Below, piece after piece: positions 13,495 to 24,148 of a DNA stretch of 64,000 nt. The DNA comes from Eukaryota sp. GEM-RC1 (taxonomy: Eukaryota): contig JAUFOQ010000006.1 in NCBI GenBank assembly GCA_040285855.1, positions 1,178,001 through 1,242,000 of the forward strand. Direction: 5' to 3'. Each line of letters begins with the position of its first letter. Position 1 is the first letter of the stretch. Under the pieces are notes generated by a model. It saw only the letters and a list, made by a program, of their open reading frames with translations, was not told the DNA's origin and searched no databases. Both the position numbers and the translations under genes were made by a program.

Positions 13495-15423
13495 TTAAGA
13501 AAGCAATCTTAGTTGAACATAAGCTTTAGAGTCACCCAAATCAGCAGCCTTTTGGTACCAATACAAAGCTTTTACGCGATCTTGCTGAATATCATCTCCA
13601 TTATAAGAACTACCAAGGTTAAACATGGCAGCGGAGTCACCCAAATCAGCAGCCTTTTGGTACCAATACAAAGCTTTTGAGTGGTCTTCTTGGATTCCTT
13701 GTCCATTTTTGTAACAAAAGCCAAGATTAAACATTGCACCAGGAAGACCCAATTCTGCAGCGTCCTGATAATATCGGACAGCTTTTGACTGATTCTGTTT
13801 GACACCCAGCCCGTTATAGTAGCAACTTCCAAGACTAATCATAGCTCGAGGGCTACCTAGATCAGCAGCCTTCTGGTACCACTTCACGGCCATTGAATGA
13901 TTCTGTTTGATCCCATGACCATTTTTGTAGCAATTACCTAGATTATTCATGGCTCGAGAGTCACCCAACGTAGCAGCGTTTTGATACCACTGTACAGCTT
14001 TTGAGTGGTCTTGTGGAACTCCCTTTTCACTTTTGTAACAACAGCCAAGGTTAAACATGGCACCAGAGTGACCCAGATCTGAAGCTATCTGAAACCAGTA
14101 CACAGCTTTTAAATAGTCTTGTTTTGTTCCTTCTCCATAATAGAAGCAATATCCCAGAGCAGTCATTGCAAGTTGATCCCCAAATTCTGCGTGTTGTTGA
14201 CACCAATTAATAGATTTCCCTAGGGATCTTCTTAAGTTGGAGTTTCCCTTAGAATGAGCTTCCAAGAACCAGTAAACAGCTTGTCTTTCGTTCTTGTTTA
14301 CCCCAATGCCATTCAGAAAACAGTTACCCAGATTAACCATGGCTTCAGCATCACCTCGTTCTGCAGCTTCTTGGTAAGCTTCAAAAGTTAGTTCATCATT
14401 ACTTTTCTCTACTTGAAGATCATTTGCTACAAAATTGTTCAAATCCAAGACTTCAATGATACCAATAATGTCTTTCAACTCTTTTAGTACATCATTAACA
14501 GAAGGCCTTTCACTAGGATTAACTGAAAGACATTTGTTAATCAAAGAGGAAATTGGCACACAAAATCCATCAGGAAAATGGAACACATGTTCTTTTTGTT
14601 TGGCCATAACTACTTCAAGCACTTCCATACCTTCAAAGGCAAGTCTATTGGCAAACATTTCATAAAACAATATTCCCAAGCTATAAACATCGAATGCTGG
14701 ACCATAGATCTTGTTGAAAGCTTCTGGAGGAGTGTACTTCGGAGTTACTTGGAGAGTAGATGTGTAGTTGTACATGGTACGAGAAGAACCAAAATCAGCG
14801 AGCTTTACCTGTGAGTTGACAATGATGAGATTTTGAGGCTTAATATCATGATGCACAATTCCCTCTGAATGCAAGTACTTCACAGCTGTACATATATCAA
14901 TTGCGTGGGAAAGAGTGGAAAATGAAAGAGATGTTGGAACTTGTAAATGTCCAGAACCAAGTTCCATCAGGATACCAATGTGCTTCGGAAGTCTGGTTAT
15001 GCCAAACACTCGAAGGACAAAAGGATGAGACAGAGAGGCCATGTGGGAGACTTCCTGTAAGAGTCTTGCTTCATTCTGATCAGCTTTACGTACGAGTTTC
15101 AAAGCAACATTGGTGTCAGCCCATTCACATAGATAAACAGTTACACTGATTCCGTTGCCCAATTCATTGTTGATGTTGAAACTGAAGTCTTCGGATGGGA
15201 TTTCAGGTAACACGGCGGGATTGTTGGTAAGAGTATCAGCAGCTTCACGGAGAGCGTAGCAAGCAACTACGTCATCGAGAGTAGTCTTGTGACGACAAAT
15301 CGGACAATTTCGGTTTTGTTTAAGCCATTGGGTTATGCATGATCGACAAAAGCAGTGGCCACAGGGTAACGTACAAGCATCTTCAAAAATTGAGTCACAG
15401 ATTGTACAATCTAAGTGGAGCAT
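13495..15423 (-). CDS. RING finger + protein kinase (TKL-like) + Sel1 repeat protein
   Basis: C3HC4 RING (CTIC..CGHCFC..CPIC); kinase VALK, HHDIKPQN and DFG; about 7 Sel1 repeats (AMFNLG.CY..G.G...D..KA..WYQKAA). First ATG is at 15423. Confidence 0.9.
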   Translation of the reverse strand: MLHLDCTICDSIFEDACTLPCGHCFCRSCITQWLKQNRNCPICRHKTTLDDVVACYALREAADTLTNNPAVLPEIPSEDFSFNINNELGNGISVTVYLCEWADTNVALKLVRKADQNEARLLQEVSHMASLSHPFVLRVFGITRLPKHIGILMELGSGHLQVPTSLSFSTLSHAIDICTAVKYLHSEGIVHHDIKPQNLIIVNSQVKLADFGSSRTMYNYTSTLQVTPKYTPPEAFNKIYGPAFDVYSLGILFYEMFANRLAFEGMEVLEVVMAKQKEHVFHFPDGFCVPISSLINKCLSVNPSERPSVNDVLKELKDIIGIIEVLDLNNFVANDLQVEKSNDELTFEAYQEAAERGDAEAMVNLGNCFLNGIGVNKNERQAVYWFLEAHSKGNSNLRRSLGKSINWCQQHAEFGDQLAMTALGYCFYYGEGTKQDYLKAVYWFQIASDLGHSGAMFNLGCCYKSEKGVPQDHSKAVQWYQNAATLGDSRAMNNLGNCYKNGHGIKQNHSMAVKWYQKAADLGSPRAMISLGSCYYNGLGVKQNQSKAVRYYQDAAELGLPGAMFNLGFCYKNGQGIQEDHSKALYWYQKAADLGDSAAMFNLGSSYNGDDIQQDRVKALYWYQKAADLGDSKAYVQLRLLS

Positions 15424-17082
15424 GAGTAGTTCCAAGTTGGATCACAGATATATGAAAAGGTGGGTTGCTTTGTCACATTTTGTCACACCAAAAAAATCTG
15501 AAATTCAAATTTAAGAATTTGAAACTACATTTGTCACACTCCTAGATCTAGCTCCAGACTAGTACTTGCGCAGGATAACCTGAATATATCGGTACGTACC
15601 GATATATTCTATCTGTACCGATGTCATCTGATTTTATAAAAAGCCCTGTTTATGAATGATCTAAATGTTTACAAATACTGATTTTGGAGTGGAGGTTTAT
15701 TGCCTCGTTAAACACTGTACTATTAAAATTTGATTCTGCTTCTTTTAATCGTTTAGAAATACACTCTCTGGGTTTTTGGGCCCATTTATCATTGTTATAT
15801 CTCGTATCAGTCACTCGTTAAATGCATTGTGAGTCGAAGACGCTACTACTGTTGATTTCATGCGATTCTTCGTATATACCATTGTCATTTTGGAACAGTT
15901 GTGGTCCGCAAATGATGTACCCTAAATTTGAGTAAGTGTAACAATCCTGATCTTGACATCATGAGCTATGTTTAACGGTAGAATGTATGACGATGATAAC
16001 TGCTAAGATCTCACATTGGATTTATCATGTTCAAAAAAGTAATAATTCTAGTTGGTCAAAGCACAGTACCAGTACAGGTACCGTACGCCTAAAATCGCCA
16101 CGGTACGGAATATTTGCGTTCCATGGTTCAAACTGGATTTGAAGTATTTTTAATATATGGCAGTAATTCACTTTAAAACTTGTAAAATGGCTTTTGATGT
16201 ATCTCATCGCTGTCACATTTTGAGACCAAGGTTGTGATCAAGAGATTGTATTGCAAGACTATACAGACATTATTTGAAATCTACGAGTTACAACTACTCA
16301 CAGATTACTGATGATAGGCAAAGGTATTAATATAGTTACGTAGTTATGATAATTCAGTTATAACATCGTTTCCTTTCCCTTTGTAATGAAGGTATCGCTG
16401 ACATCATAACATTGTAGCTTCAGGAATATTTGTCACCTATAAATGTGTTTACTAGTATGGAATTTACAACGGAAGTTCTTCTTCTTCTCTATAACACGTT
16501 GTTTTTAATATTATAATACCAGGTCTTAATCCAGAGTTTCAGCTGAACGGTTCCCAGATTTACTGTAAAATGTTTTGTCAATTGATGGTATAAATTGTTA
16601 TATAGCGAATACATCAGGTTTTGCAAAGAAAACCCTACTACACGTAGTAGATTCAATAGTCTTTCTTAAACTGGAAACAATTAGATTAAAAATACGTATG
16701 ATCTTTATTAAGAAGAGCTGTTTTAACCAGTAATTATGTGAATAAGACAAACAGGAAATCGATAGCAATGCAAAATCGATAAAACGTCAGACACTGGAGC
16801 ACCACAGTTGTCAAACAACTTGGTAATGATTGGCTATGCAAACGGGTAATCACAGGACCGGAGAAATCAGACGGATAAGAAAAATTGATATCATTTTCGT
16901 ATGTATTGAATAGACTGATTAAGTGCAGATATAAATTGTCGTAATGTGTCGAGAATTTCTAATACTATAAAGATCGAAGGTGCATTAAATCGATAAAATT
17001 CTAAAAGTTATCGTGGAAGAAAACACCAATTTTCAACAAAAAACATCATATTCTATCCAACAGATTTATAAAACTCTTTCCA

Positions 17083-20000
17083 TTACAAAAACTTTTCTAC
17101 AAATTCTTCAACAAAAGGATCAAAAGTACCATCAATACCATCATCACTACCTGCATCTCCGACACCTCTTTCCATTAGTGGAGAAGCTCCCAAATCATTC
17201 ATAACCTTCCAAATTGAGAGAGGTCCAAACTGGAAGGTATCGTCATAAGTTCTATCACCAAATCCAAACAAAACAAATCTTACACCTTCAAGAGCTGATG
17301 GATTAGAAGCGGCTAATTCCTGCATTTCAGCCAAGAAATCCTCAGCATTTCCAGGTACTTCACCGCCAGCAGTTGATGAAACCATAATAAAGGTTAAGTT
17401 GGCCTCTTGAAGATCATCAACAGAGACGTCGTTCAACTCTTTAGACAATACGTCAACTCCAAGAGAACGAAGTCGTTCAACTAAATCCTCTTGGAATTGT
17501 TCTACGGTTCCAGTTTCAGAACCCCAAGCTAACAAAAGTTGACCACTCAACTTATCAGAAGAAGATTCTTCCGTTGCTTCAACTTTAGGTTCAGCTTCTT
17601 TCTCTTCAACAACTTCTTCCTTCACAATCTCTTCTTCAGGTTGCTCCTCTTCTTCTTCTACTACTGGTTGGATCACAGTCTTGGCCTCAACCTCTTCCCA
17701 AGGAGTTGCCATTCGTTGATAGGAGGTCCATCTATTAGCTAACCATTCAGCTAATTCTTTACGAACCTTGTCAGCTTTCTCAGGGAATTGAACCTTTAAA
17801 TTTCTAAATCTTCCATTAGTTTCTAAAAATTCATCAGGATGACGTGATGGGGGTTTAGAATCAATTTGGAGAGGATTGAGCCCCTTCTTGATTCGTCTAG
17901 GATCATAACGATAATTAATCCAATATCCAGTCTCAACAGCAAGTTTCTCGTTTTGAATAGAGACTCCCATGGACTCAGTCAAGATATGCTCAATACAAGG
18001 GGAATAAGCGATAACAATAGAAGGTCCATCATATTCCTCAGCTTCTTTCAATGCTTTAACAGTCTGGGCATAGCTAGCACCCATTGCCACAGAAGCAACA
18101 TAGACATGTTCATAAGCAAAGAACATTCTTCCTAAATCCTTTTTAAAGGTACCTTTGCCTCCCATTGCAAACTTATGAAGAGCACCCTTTTGAGTAGCTT
18201 TGGAAGTTTGTCCACCAGTGTTAGAGTAAACTTCAGTGTCAACTACTAAGACGTTAATGTTAGCTCCAGTAGACATGACGTGATCTAAACCTCCAAATCC
18301 AATATCATATGACCATCCATCTCCACCTAATAACCATTGACTCTTCTTGTCGAATAGAGATCGATTGTTCCATAAGTCTTCATAGGGATCAGTCACGACA
18401 CCTTGATTGGGACGATTGTCCTTCAAAAGATCAATAATTCTCTCAGATAACTCCTGAGTTACTGTAGCATCGTTGTAATTAGAAAACCACTCCTTTAAAA
18501 CCTTTGACAGCTCAGCACCAGTTGTTTTCTTGTCAACAATAGAAGACACAACATCCAAAAGTCTCTCTCTTCTAGTTTCTTGAGCAATGAGCATTCCATA
18601 ACCATATTCGGCGTTATCTTCAAACAGAGAGTTACCCCATGCAGGACCATGGCCTTTTTCATCGACAGTATAAGGGTTCGAAGGGTAAGAACCTCCCCAG
18701 ATAGAGGAACAACCAGTAGCATTGGCAATTACCATACGGGGACCGTACATTTGAGTTAATAATCTAACATAGTTGGTTTCACCACAACCAGCACAAGCTC
18801 CGTGGAATTCAAGTAAAGGTTGTTGCATAATAGCACCCTTCATTGTTAACTTATTAAACATTTCTCCCTTGTTGGGCAGAGCACGACAATAATCCCAGTT
18901 CTCGGAATACTCATCAATCTCATCTTCAATGTTTCTCATAGTTAAACACCCAGGTACAGGACAACTCTTAGCACAAACAGAGCAACCAGTACAATCATAG
19001 GGAGATAACTGAATTCTAAAGGAAGTTTTCTTAACTTCTCCAGATCCTTTAGTAGGGATGGTTCTCATTGTTTCCGGTTTCTTCTCGTCTTCTTCCTTAG
19101 ATAGTACAAAAGGACGAATGACTGCATGGGGACATACGAATCCACAGGTATTACATTGGATACAGAGGTCAGCATCCCAGTGAGGAATGGTCCAAGCAAG
19201 CCCACGTTTTGCCCAGTCAGAAGTACCAGGTTCCAGTTTGCCTGTAGGTTCAAAAGAAGATACAGGTAGTTGATCACCACGAAGACCCGTAATCATAGTG
19301 AATTGGTTACGGGATTGATTGACTTTGACCTCAGCTCCTTGAGCTTCTTTCCATGATTCAGGGTAAGTGATTGGAATGATCGCGTCATCCTTAGCTGCAG
19401 CATCAATCATTTTGATGTTAGCCTCAACTACGTGAGAACCCTTAAGCTTATAACGTTCTTGAACAGAGAGTTTCAACAACTCTAGAGCTTGTTCAGCTGG
19501 TTCAACTAGTCCTGCTAGCTTGAAGAAAGCAGTTTGCATCACCATGTTGGTTCTTCCTTTGTTACCACATTCAGTTGCAATCTTGTTAGCGTCAATGAGA
19601 TAGAGTTTAGCTTTCTTTTCAGCTAAGGTACGTTTGAGTTGGGCAGGGAAGTGCTCATTGACATCATCTAAATTTTTAAATGTAGAGTTCAACAAGAAGA
19701 TACCACCTTCATTAAGTTTGTCAACCATTAGGAATCTGTTGATGTATTGTTGTTTTGTACAAGCAATGTAATCAGCAGTAAGTACTCCAAAAGGAGCATC
19801 AATAGGCTTGGGACCGATACGAAGAGAAGAAACAGTGGTGGTACCGTTCTTAACAGCATCATAGAAGCAAAAGAGTTGACCATGCATCTTGGCAAGCTTA
19901 ACAATGATCTCAAGGGCCTGATGGTTAGCTGAAACCTGACCATCACCTCCGAGACCAAAGAACAAACATTCAGTCGTTCCCTTAGAAAGGAAACTGAACT

Positions 20001-21275
20001 CAGGACCAACGGGAAGGGAGAGGTTGGTGACATCATCAGTAATACCAACGGTGAACTGTCTTTTAGGTTCGGAAGAGTAAAGGTTATCAGCAACAGCCTT
20101 GACCATGGCGGGAGTGAACTCCTTGGAGGATAGACCATACCGTCCACCTACGAGAGTATCCATGGGACGTTGAAGGAGAGTAAGAGTGGTAGCAATGTCA
20201 GTAAAGAGAGGTTCACCAATAGGGTTATGTTCCTTACAGCGATCGAGGATGGCAATACGACGAACAGACTTAGGAAGGGCTTCAGCAAAGAACTCAGGAG
20301 AGAAGGGTCTGAAGAGACGGACAGAGAGACAACCGATCTTCTTGTATTGAGGGTTAGATTGAGCTAAGAAGTCAAGGGTTTGTCTAATGGTGGAGACACT
20401 ACTACCCATGGAGATGATGGCGGCATCGGCGTCTTGAGGACCGTACCATTCATAGAGTTTGTAGGATCGGCCAAAGATTTCTTCAAAAGCTTTCATAGCA
20501 TCAGCAGTGATTTGGGGAACCTTAAGATGTACAGAGTTTGCTGATTCTGCTTGTTGGAAATACACAGAAGGATCTTGAGAAGTGCCTCTCATATGAGGAT
20601 GTTCAGGATCTAGAGCACCATTACGGAAGCGTTGAACGTCTTCGAAAGTTCCAAACTTTTGAGCAAGGAGGTGGAGATTTTCCCAAGAGGGTTGTTCAAT
20701 GTCAACGGTTTCATCAGAGGTTCTCTTACCATCAAAAGAATGGATGAAGGGTAGGGAGCATTTTAAAGAAGCGATGTGAGCAATAGCACTGAGATCGGCT
20801 GCTTCCTGAACGTTGTTAGAGTGTAAGATCGGGGCACCGATTCCTCTACATGCCACAATATCAGCGTGATCTCCAAAGATAGAGAGCGCATGAGTAGCAA
20901 TAGATCGGGCAGCAATGTGAAAAACGACAGGTAATTGTTCTCCAACGCACTTATAGATGTTAGGGATCATGAGCAACAATCCTTGAGAAGCTGTGAAGGT
21001 AGAGGCAAGAGCTCCACGAGCAGCAACACCATGAACACTTCCAGCAGCTCCACCCTCACTTTGGAAGCATTTTGACGTTAACAATTTGGTCAAACATGTT
21101 GCGAACATCCTTTGTAGCTAAAACATCGACGTATCTAGAATAAGGAACAGTAGACGCTAGCATACTCAGCCATTGGAGTAGAAGGAGAGATCGGATAAAT
21201 ACAAGCACATTCCGTGAAGAAGTACGCAACGCGAGCGCAGGCATGATTTCCGTCAGTAGTGTCGATCGTAGACAT
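17083..21275 (-). CDS. PFO: Pyruvate:ferredoxin oxidoreductase fused to a C-terminal flavodoxin domain; 31-nt intron at 21135-21165 and one extra base at ~21063-21066
   Basis: Reconstructed start MSTIDTTDGNHACARVAY...YPISPSTPMAE; QSEGGAAG; two CxxCxxCxxxCP ferredoxin motifs; ACAGCGE, GGDGW, YSNTGGQ. An acidic linker leads to flavodoxin motifs WGSETGT, SSTAGGEVP and FGFGDRTY. Confidence 0.95.
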
Positions 21276-21616
21276 TTGTAACTAGAAAAAGATGTTGATT
21301 TGAAGAGTCTAGACTTGCTATTTCTGGAAACCCCTATTTATACCCAGTTTCCCCATCCCCTTATTGCTGCAATGTATTATTTCTTCCTGTTTTAAAGAAC
21401 TGTATTTCAGTGTAAGACAGCTGAACAAGTGTTGATACCAGAGTTGTTCTGTAACCGTTTGAAGTGTACATCATGTTAATATAGAACTGAAAGCGAATCG
21501 TCAAACAACTGGTTTACCTGGTATTTACCTGCAACTTCAGTCTGTCTGCCCGCAGTGAATAATTCCGAACAAAATCAAATTAGGATCTATAAATTCTATC
21601 ACTTGACTAATAGGCA

Positions 21617-23017
21617 ATGTTAAGGCTTTCTTCTTTCAACAATGCATCAGATGCTGTCTGGAAGTTAGCAATCGTGGTACGTCTCATCCATGTTTTATTG
21701 TTCTTGATTTCTGCTTATAAATTGGACCGATATGATCAATCTTCATATCTATCGCTCGTTCAAGACTTACCATCCAGTCTTTCCCCACTTTGCATTCGAT
21801 TGCTACAAGGATTATCTCCATTCTGCAATTGGGACGCTGAACACTTTTCCTACATAACAGCTTATGGATACACCACAGAACAGTCCTTAGCATTTCCTCC
21901 TGGGTTTCTCTTAGCCATTAAAGCCGGTTCAGCCCTTGTTTCTTTCCTTTCCAGGTTATCTTCTCCCTTCATTTCTTCTTGCTTTGTTGGAGCTGTGTTG
22001 TCTAATGTGTTCCAAGTAATGGCAACACATTACTTCTTTGTTCTTTCTAATTTGGTGCTTGGTCACTGGAACATTGCGTTCAAAGCTACTCTCATCTTTA
22101 TACTTTCACCTGTCAATGTTTTTTCTACTGCTGCTTACAGTGAATCTCTTTTCTGCTTTGTAACTTTCTTCGGTGTGATTAGTCTTTTCTCCATCAATGT
22201 TCAACCCTCACGTGATGGGGTTCAATTGGTTCAATCAAAATTGATTCCTACCTGGAGTGCTGCATTATTGTTTTTCTGTGCAACCCTGATCAAAACTTTT
22301 GGTATTTTTAATGTTGTTTTTGTTTTTTATGCAATATTAAAATGTCCAAAATCTGAAAGACCGGGATTTTTCAAATCGTTGGCTTTTCTGTCTTGTTGTG
22401 TTCTTCCTTTTCTAATCTTTCAAGGTTTTGCTGCTTATAATTTACTTAAGTCTTCTACTTATCCTTTTGAGAGTTTACAACAGTTTTACAAAGTTTATGG
22501 ATATATTCAATCAAAGTATTGGAATATTGGAAAATTTAATTTTTATAATATCAAACAACTTCCAAATTTTGTTCTCGCGTCCCCTCTTATTATTTTGTGC
22601 GTACTTTCCCCTTTCATTGTGATGACGTGTCAGTATCTGTGTGGAAATCTTGCACGAAACAAATCCAAAGCTTTTACTTCAAGACATGGTAAAAAATTTA
22701 AAATTGTCAAAGAGAATACGCCATCTGAAATTATTCAAGAAGTGTTTGCATTTCACGGTCTTGGTTCATTCCATGTCATTTCTTTTCTCTTTCACTTGCT
22801 AGTTTCTTTTTCTATCATCATGATATTCGGTCATGTTCAAACAATCTACCGACTACTTGCTTTTAATCCATTACCTTATTGGACGCTATCTTTTTTAATG
22901 TTTAGAAGTAGTAATTCCTTTATTGTCAAGTTGTTTGGTTTTCTGATATGCTTTTTGATTTGTTGTTTAACTTTCTTTGGTTCTGTCTTCTTTTCCACAT
23001 TTAATCCATTCACATAA
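21617..23017 (+). CDS. PIGV: GPI mannosyltransferase 2 (PIG-V/Gpi18)
   Basis: WDAEHF..I...GY..EQSLAFPPG, YSESLF and YIQSKYWNIG..KQLPNFVLASP; multi-pass hydrophobic profile. Confidence 0.9.
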   Translation: MLRLSSFNNASDAVWKLAIVVRLIHVLLFLISAYKLDRYDQSSYLSLVQDLPSSLSPLCIRLLQGLSPFCNWDAEHFSYITAYGYTTEQSLAFPPGFLLAIKAGSALVSFLSRLSSPFISSCFVGAVLSNVFQVMATHYFFVLSNLVLGHWNIAFKATLIFILSPVNVFSTAAYSESLFCFVTFFGVISLFSINVQPSRDGVQLVQSKLIPTWSAALLFFCATLIKTFGIFNVVFVFYAILKCPKSERPGFFKSLAFLSCCVLPFLIFQGFAAYNLLKSSTYPFESLQQFYKVYGYIQSKYWNIGKFNFYNIKQLPNFVLASPLIILCVLSPFIVMTCQYLCGNLARNKSKAFTSRHGKKFKIVKENTPSEIIQEVFAFHGLGSFHVISFLFHLLVSFSIIMIFGHVQTIYRLLAFNPLPYWTLSFLMFRSSNSFIVKLFGFLICFLICCLTFFGSVFFSTFNPFT

Positions 23018-23229
23018 AGTTAACATAAATACTGAAAACTTGATGTGGTTTTTTAATGTCAAACTACTAGTAGTCTGTTCACTACTTTGCCGATTTCTGT
23101 TGTGATTGTTCTTTATGAAGTGATGTTGACAATACATGTACTTAAAAGATGACAGTTAAATGAATTTAACAATAAAAAACTACGATTAAGCGCTTTAAAT
23201 AAATAAAAGATTTAACAAACAGACTCAAG

Positions 23230-23981
23230 CTAATACATTGAAGCAGCAGAAAATTTCTTTCTTGGCATTTTAAGTTTGTCCAAATTTTTGTGTATCAAAT
23301 CTCTTAGAATCATGTAGTTGTTTCGAATTTCTAGAATCGTGTTCTTCACATTAATGATCTCTTTCTCATCAATTTCCATGATTGCCTGCCTATAATCCTC
23401 CACATTAGGATATTTCAAAACCTTGGAGATCAACTTACCTCTACTAATATGATATCTGGCAATACTGTCAAAAACGCCAAAAGCTGATTCTTCCGCTCGA
23501 GAAAGTTCACCAATAATGTCTTCTTGAACTGATACTCCTAGGGTTATTAAGTAAAGAGGATCATACCGAAGTTATCTCCAGTAGAAGCGGCTGGGATGTT
23601 TAGTTGAATAAACATTTTGACTGTACTAACAGTTTCACACATAATATGTAGTTCATGTTTGACTTTCTTAGCCATATCAAGAATGAGAGGATTGCTGGGA
23701 ACGTTGGGAATAGGATGAGATTCACTGAAGGAGTCTTCATCGGTTTTCCTGCGTTTTGAGCCCGCATCGACCTTAAGAGTCTCTGCAGAAGGAAGAGAAG
23801 TACTAGATCGGATGCTTGCTGAGACATCTTCGGGTTCAATCAATTGCCCTAGTTCGGGTTTTCCCTCTAAGAATAGGTCAAGCTCCAAGATTTTCTGCTC
23901 CCAGAATTTCGTAAAGATTTCTTCTGCTCGTTTAGCTAAGCGTTCTCTGAGAGCAGGCAAGGTAAGCGGTTGATCAGGCAT
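23230..23981 (-). CDS. Proteasome activator PA28/REG (PSME3-like), 29-nt intron at 23538-23566
   Basis: Splicing gives IQLNIP...GDNFGVSVQED..., KYPNVEDYR and LEIRNNY..L.DLI.KN.DKLK.PR; spliced length is an exact 240 aa. Confidence 0.92.
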
Positions 23982-24148
23982 TTTGTTTAGTAACTGAATT
24001 TTTGTTCCCTCAAACAGATCTTGGACACATCACAAATAGCCAACTTCCACATAAATACAATGCCTCCCTTCATTAAAGTATATCATTATAGAAATCCTCC
24101 ATCCCTTTCTTAACAGAACCCTCCTTCTCTACATCTTTCTTATCTCAA

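Noticed and set aside
17083..21108. MFATCLTKLLTSKCF as a mitochondrial-type presequence on PFO
   Set aside because: It is an artefact of the frameshift at ~21064; the true start is at 21275 with conserved PFO sequence.
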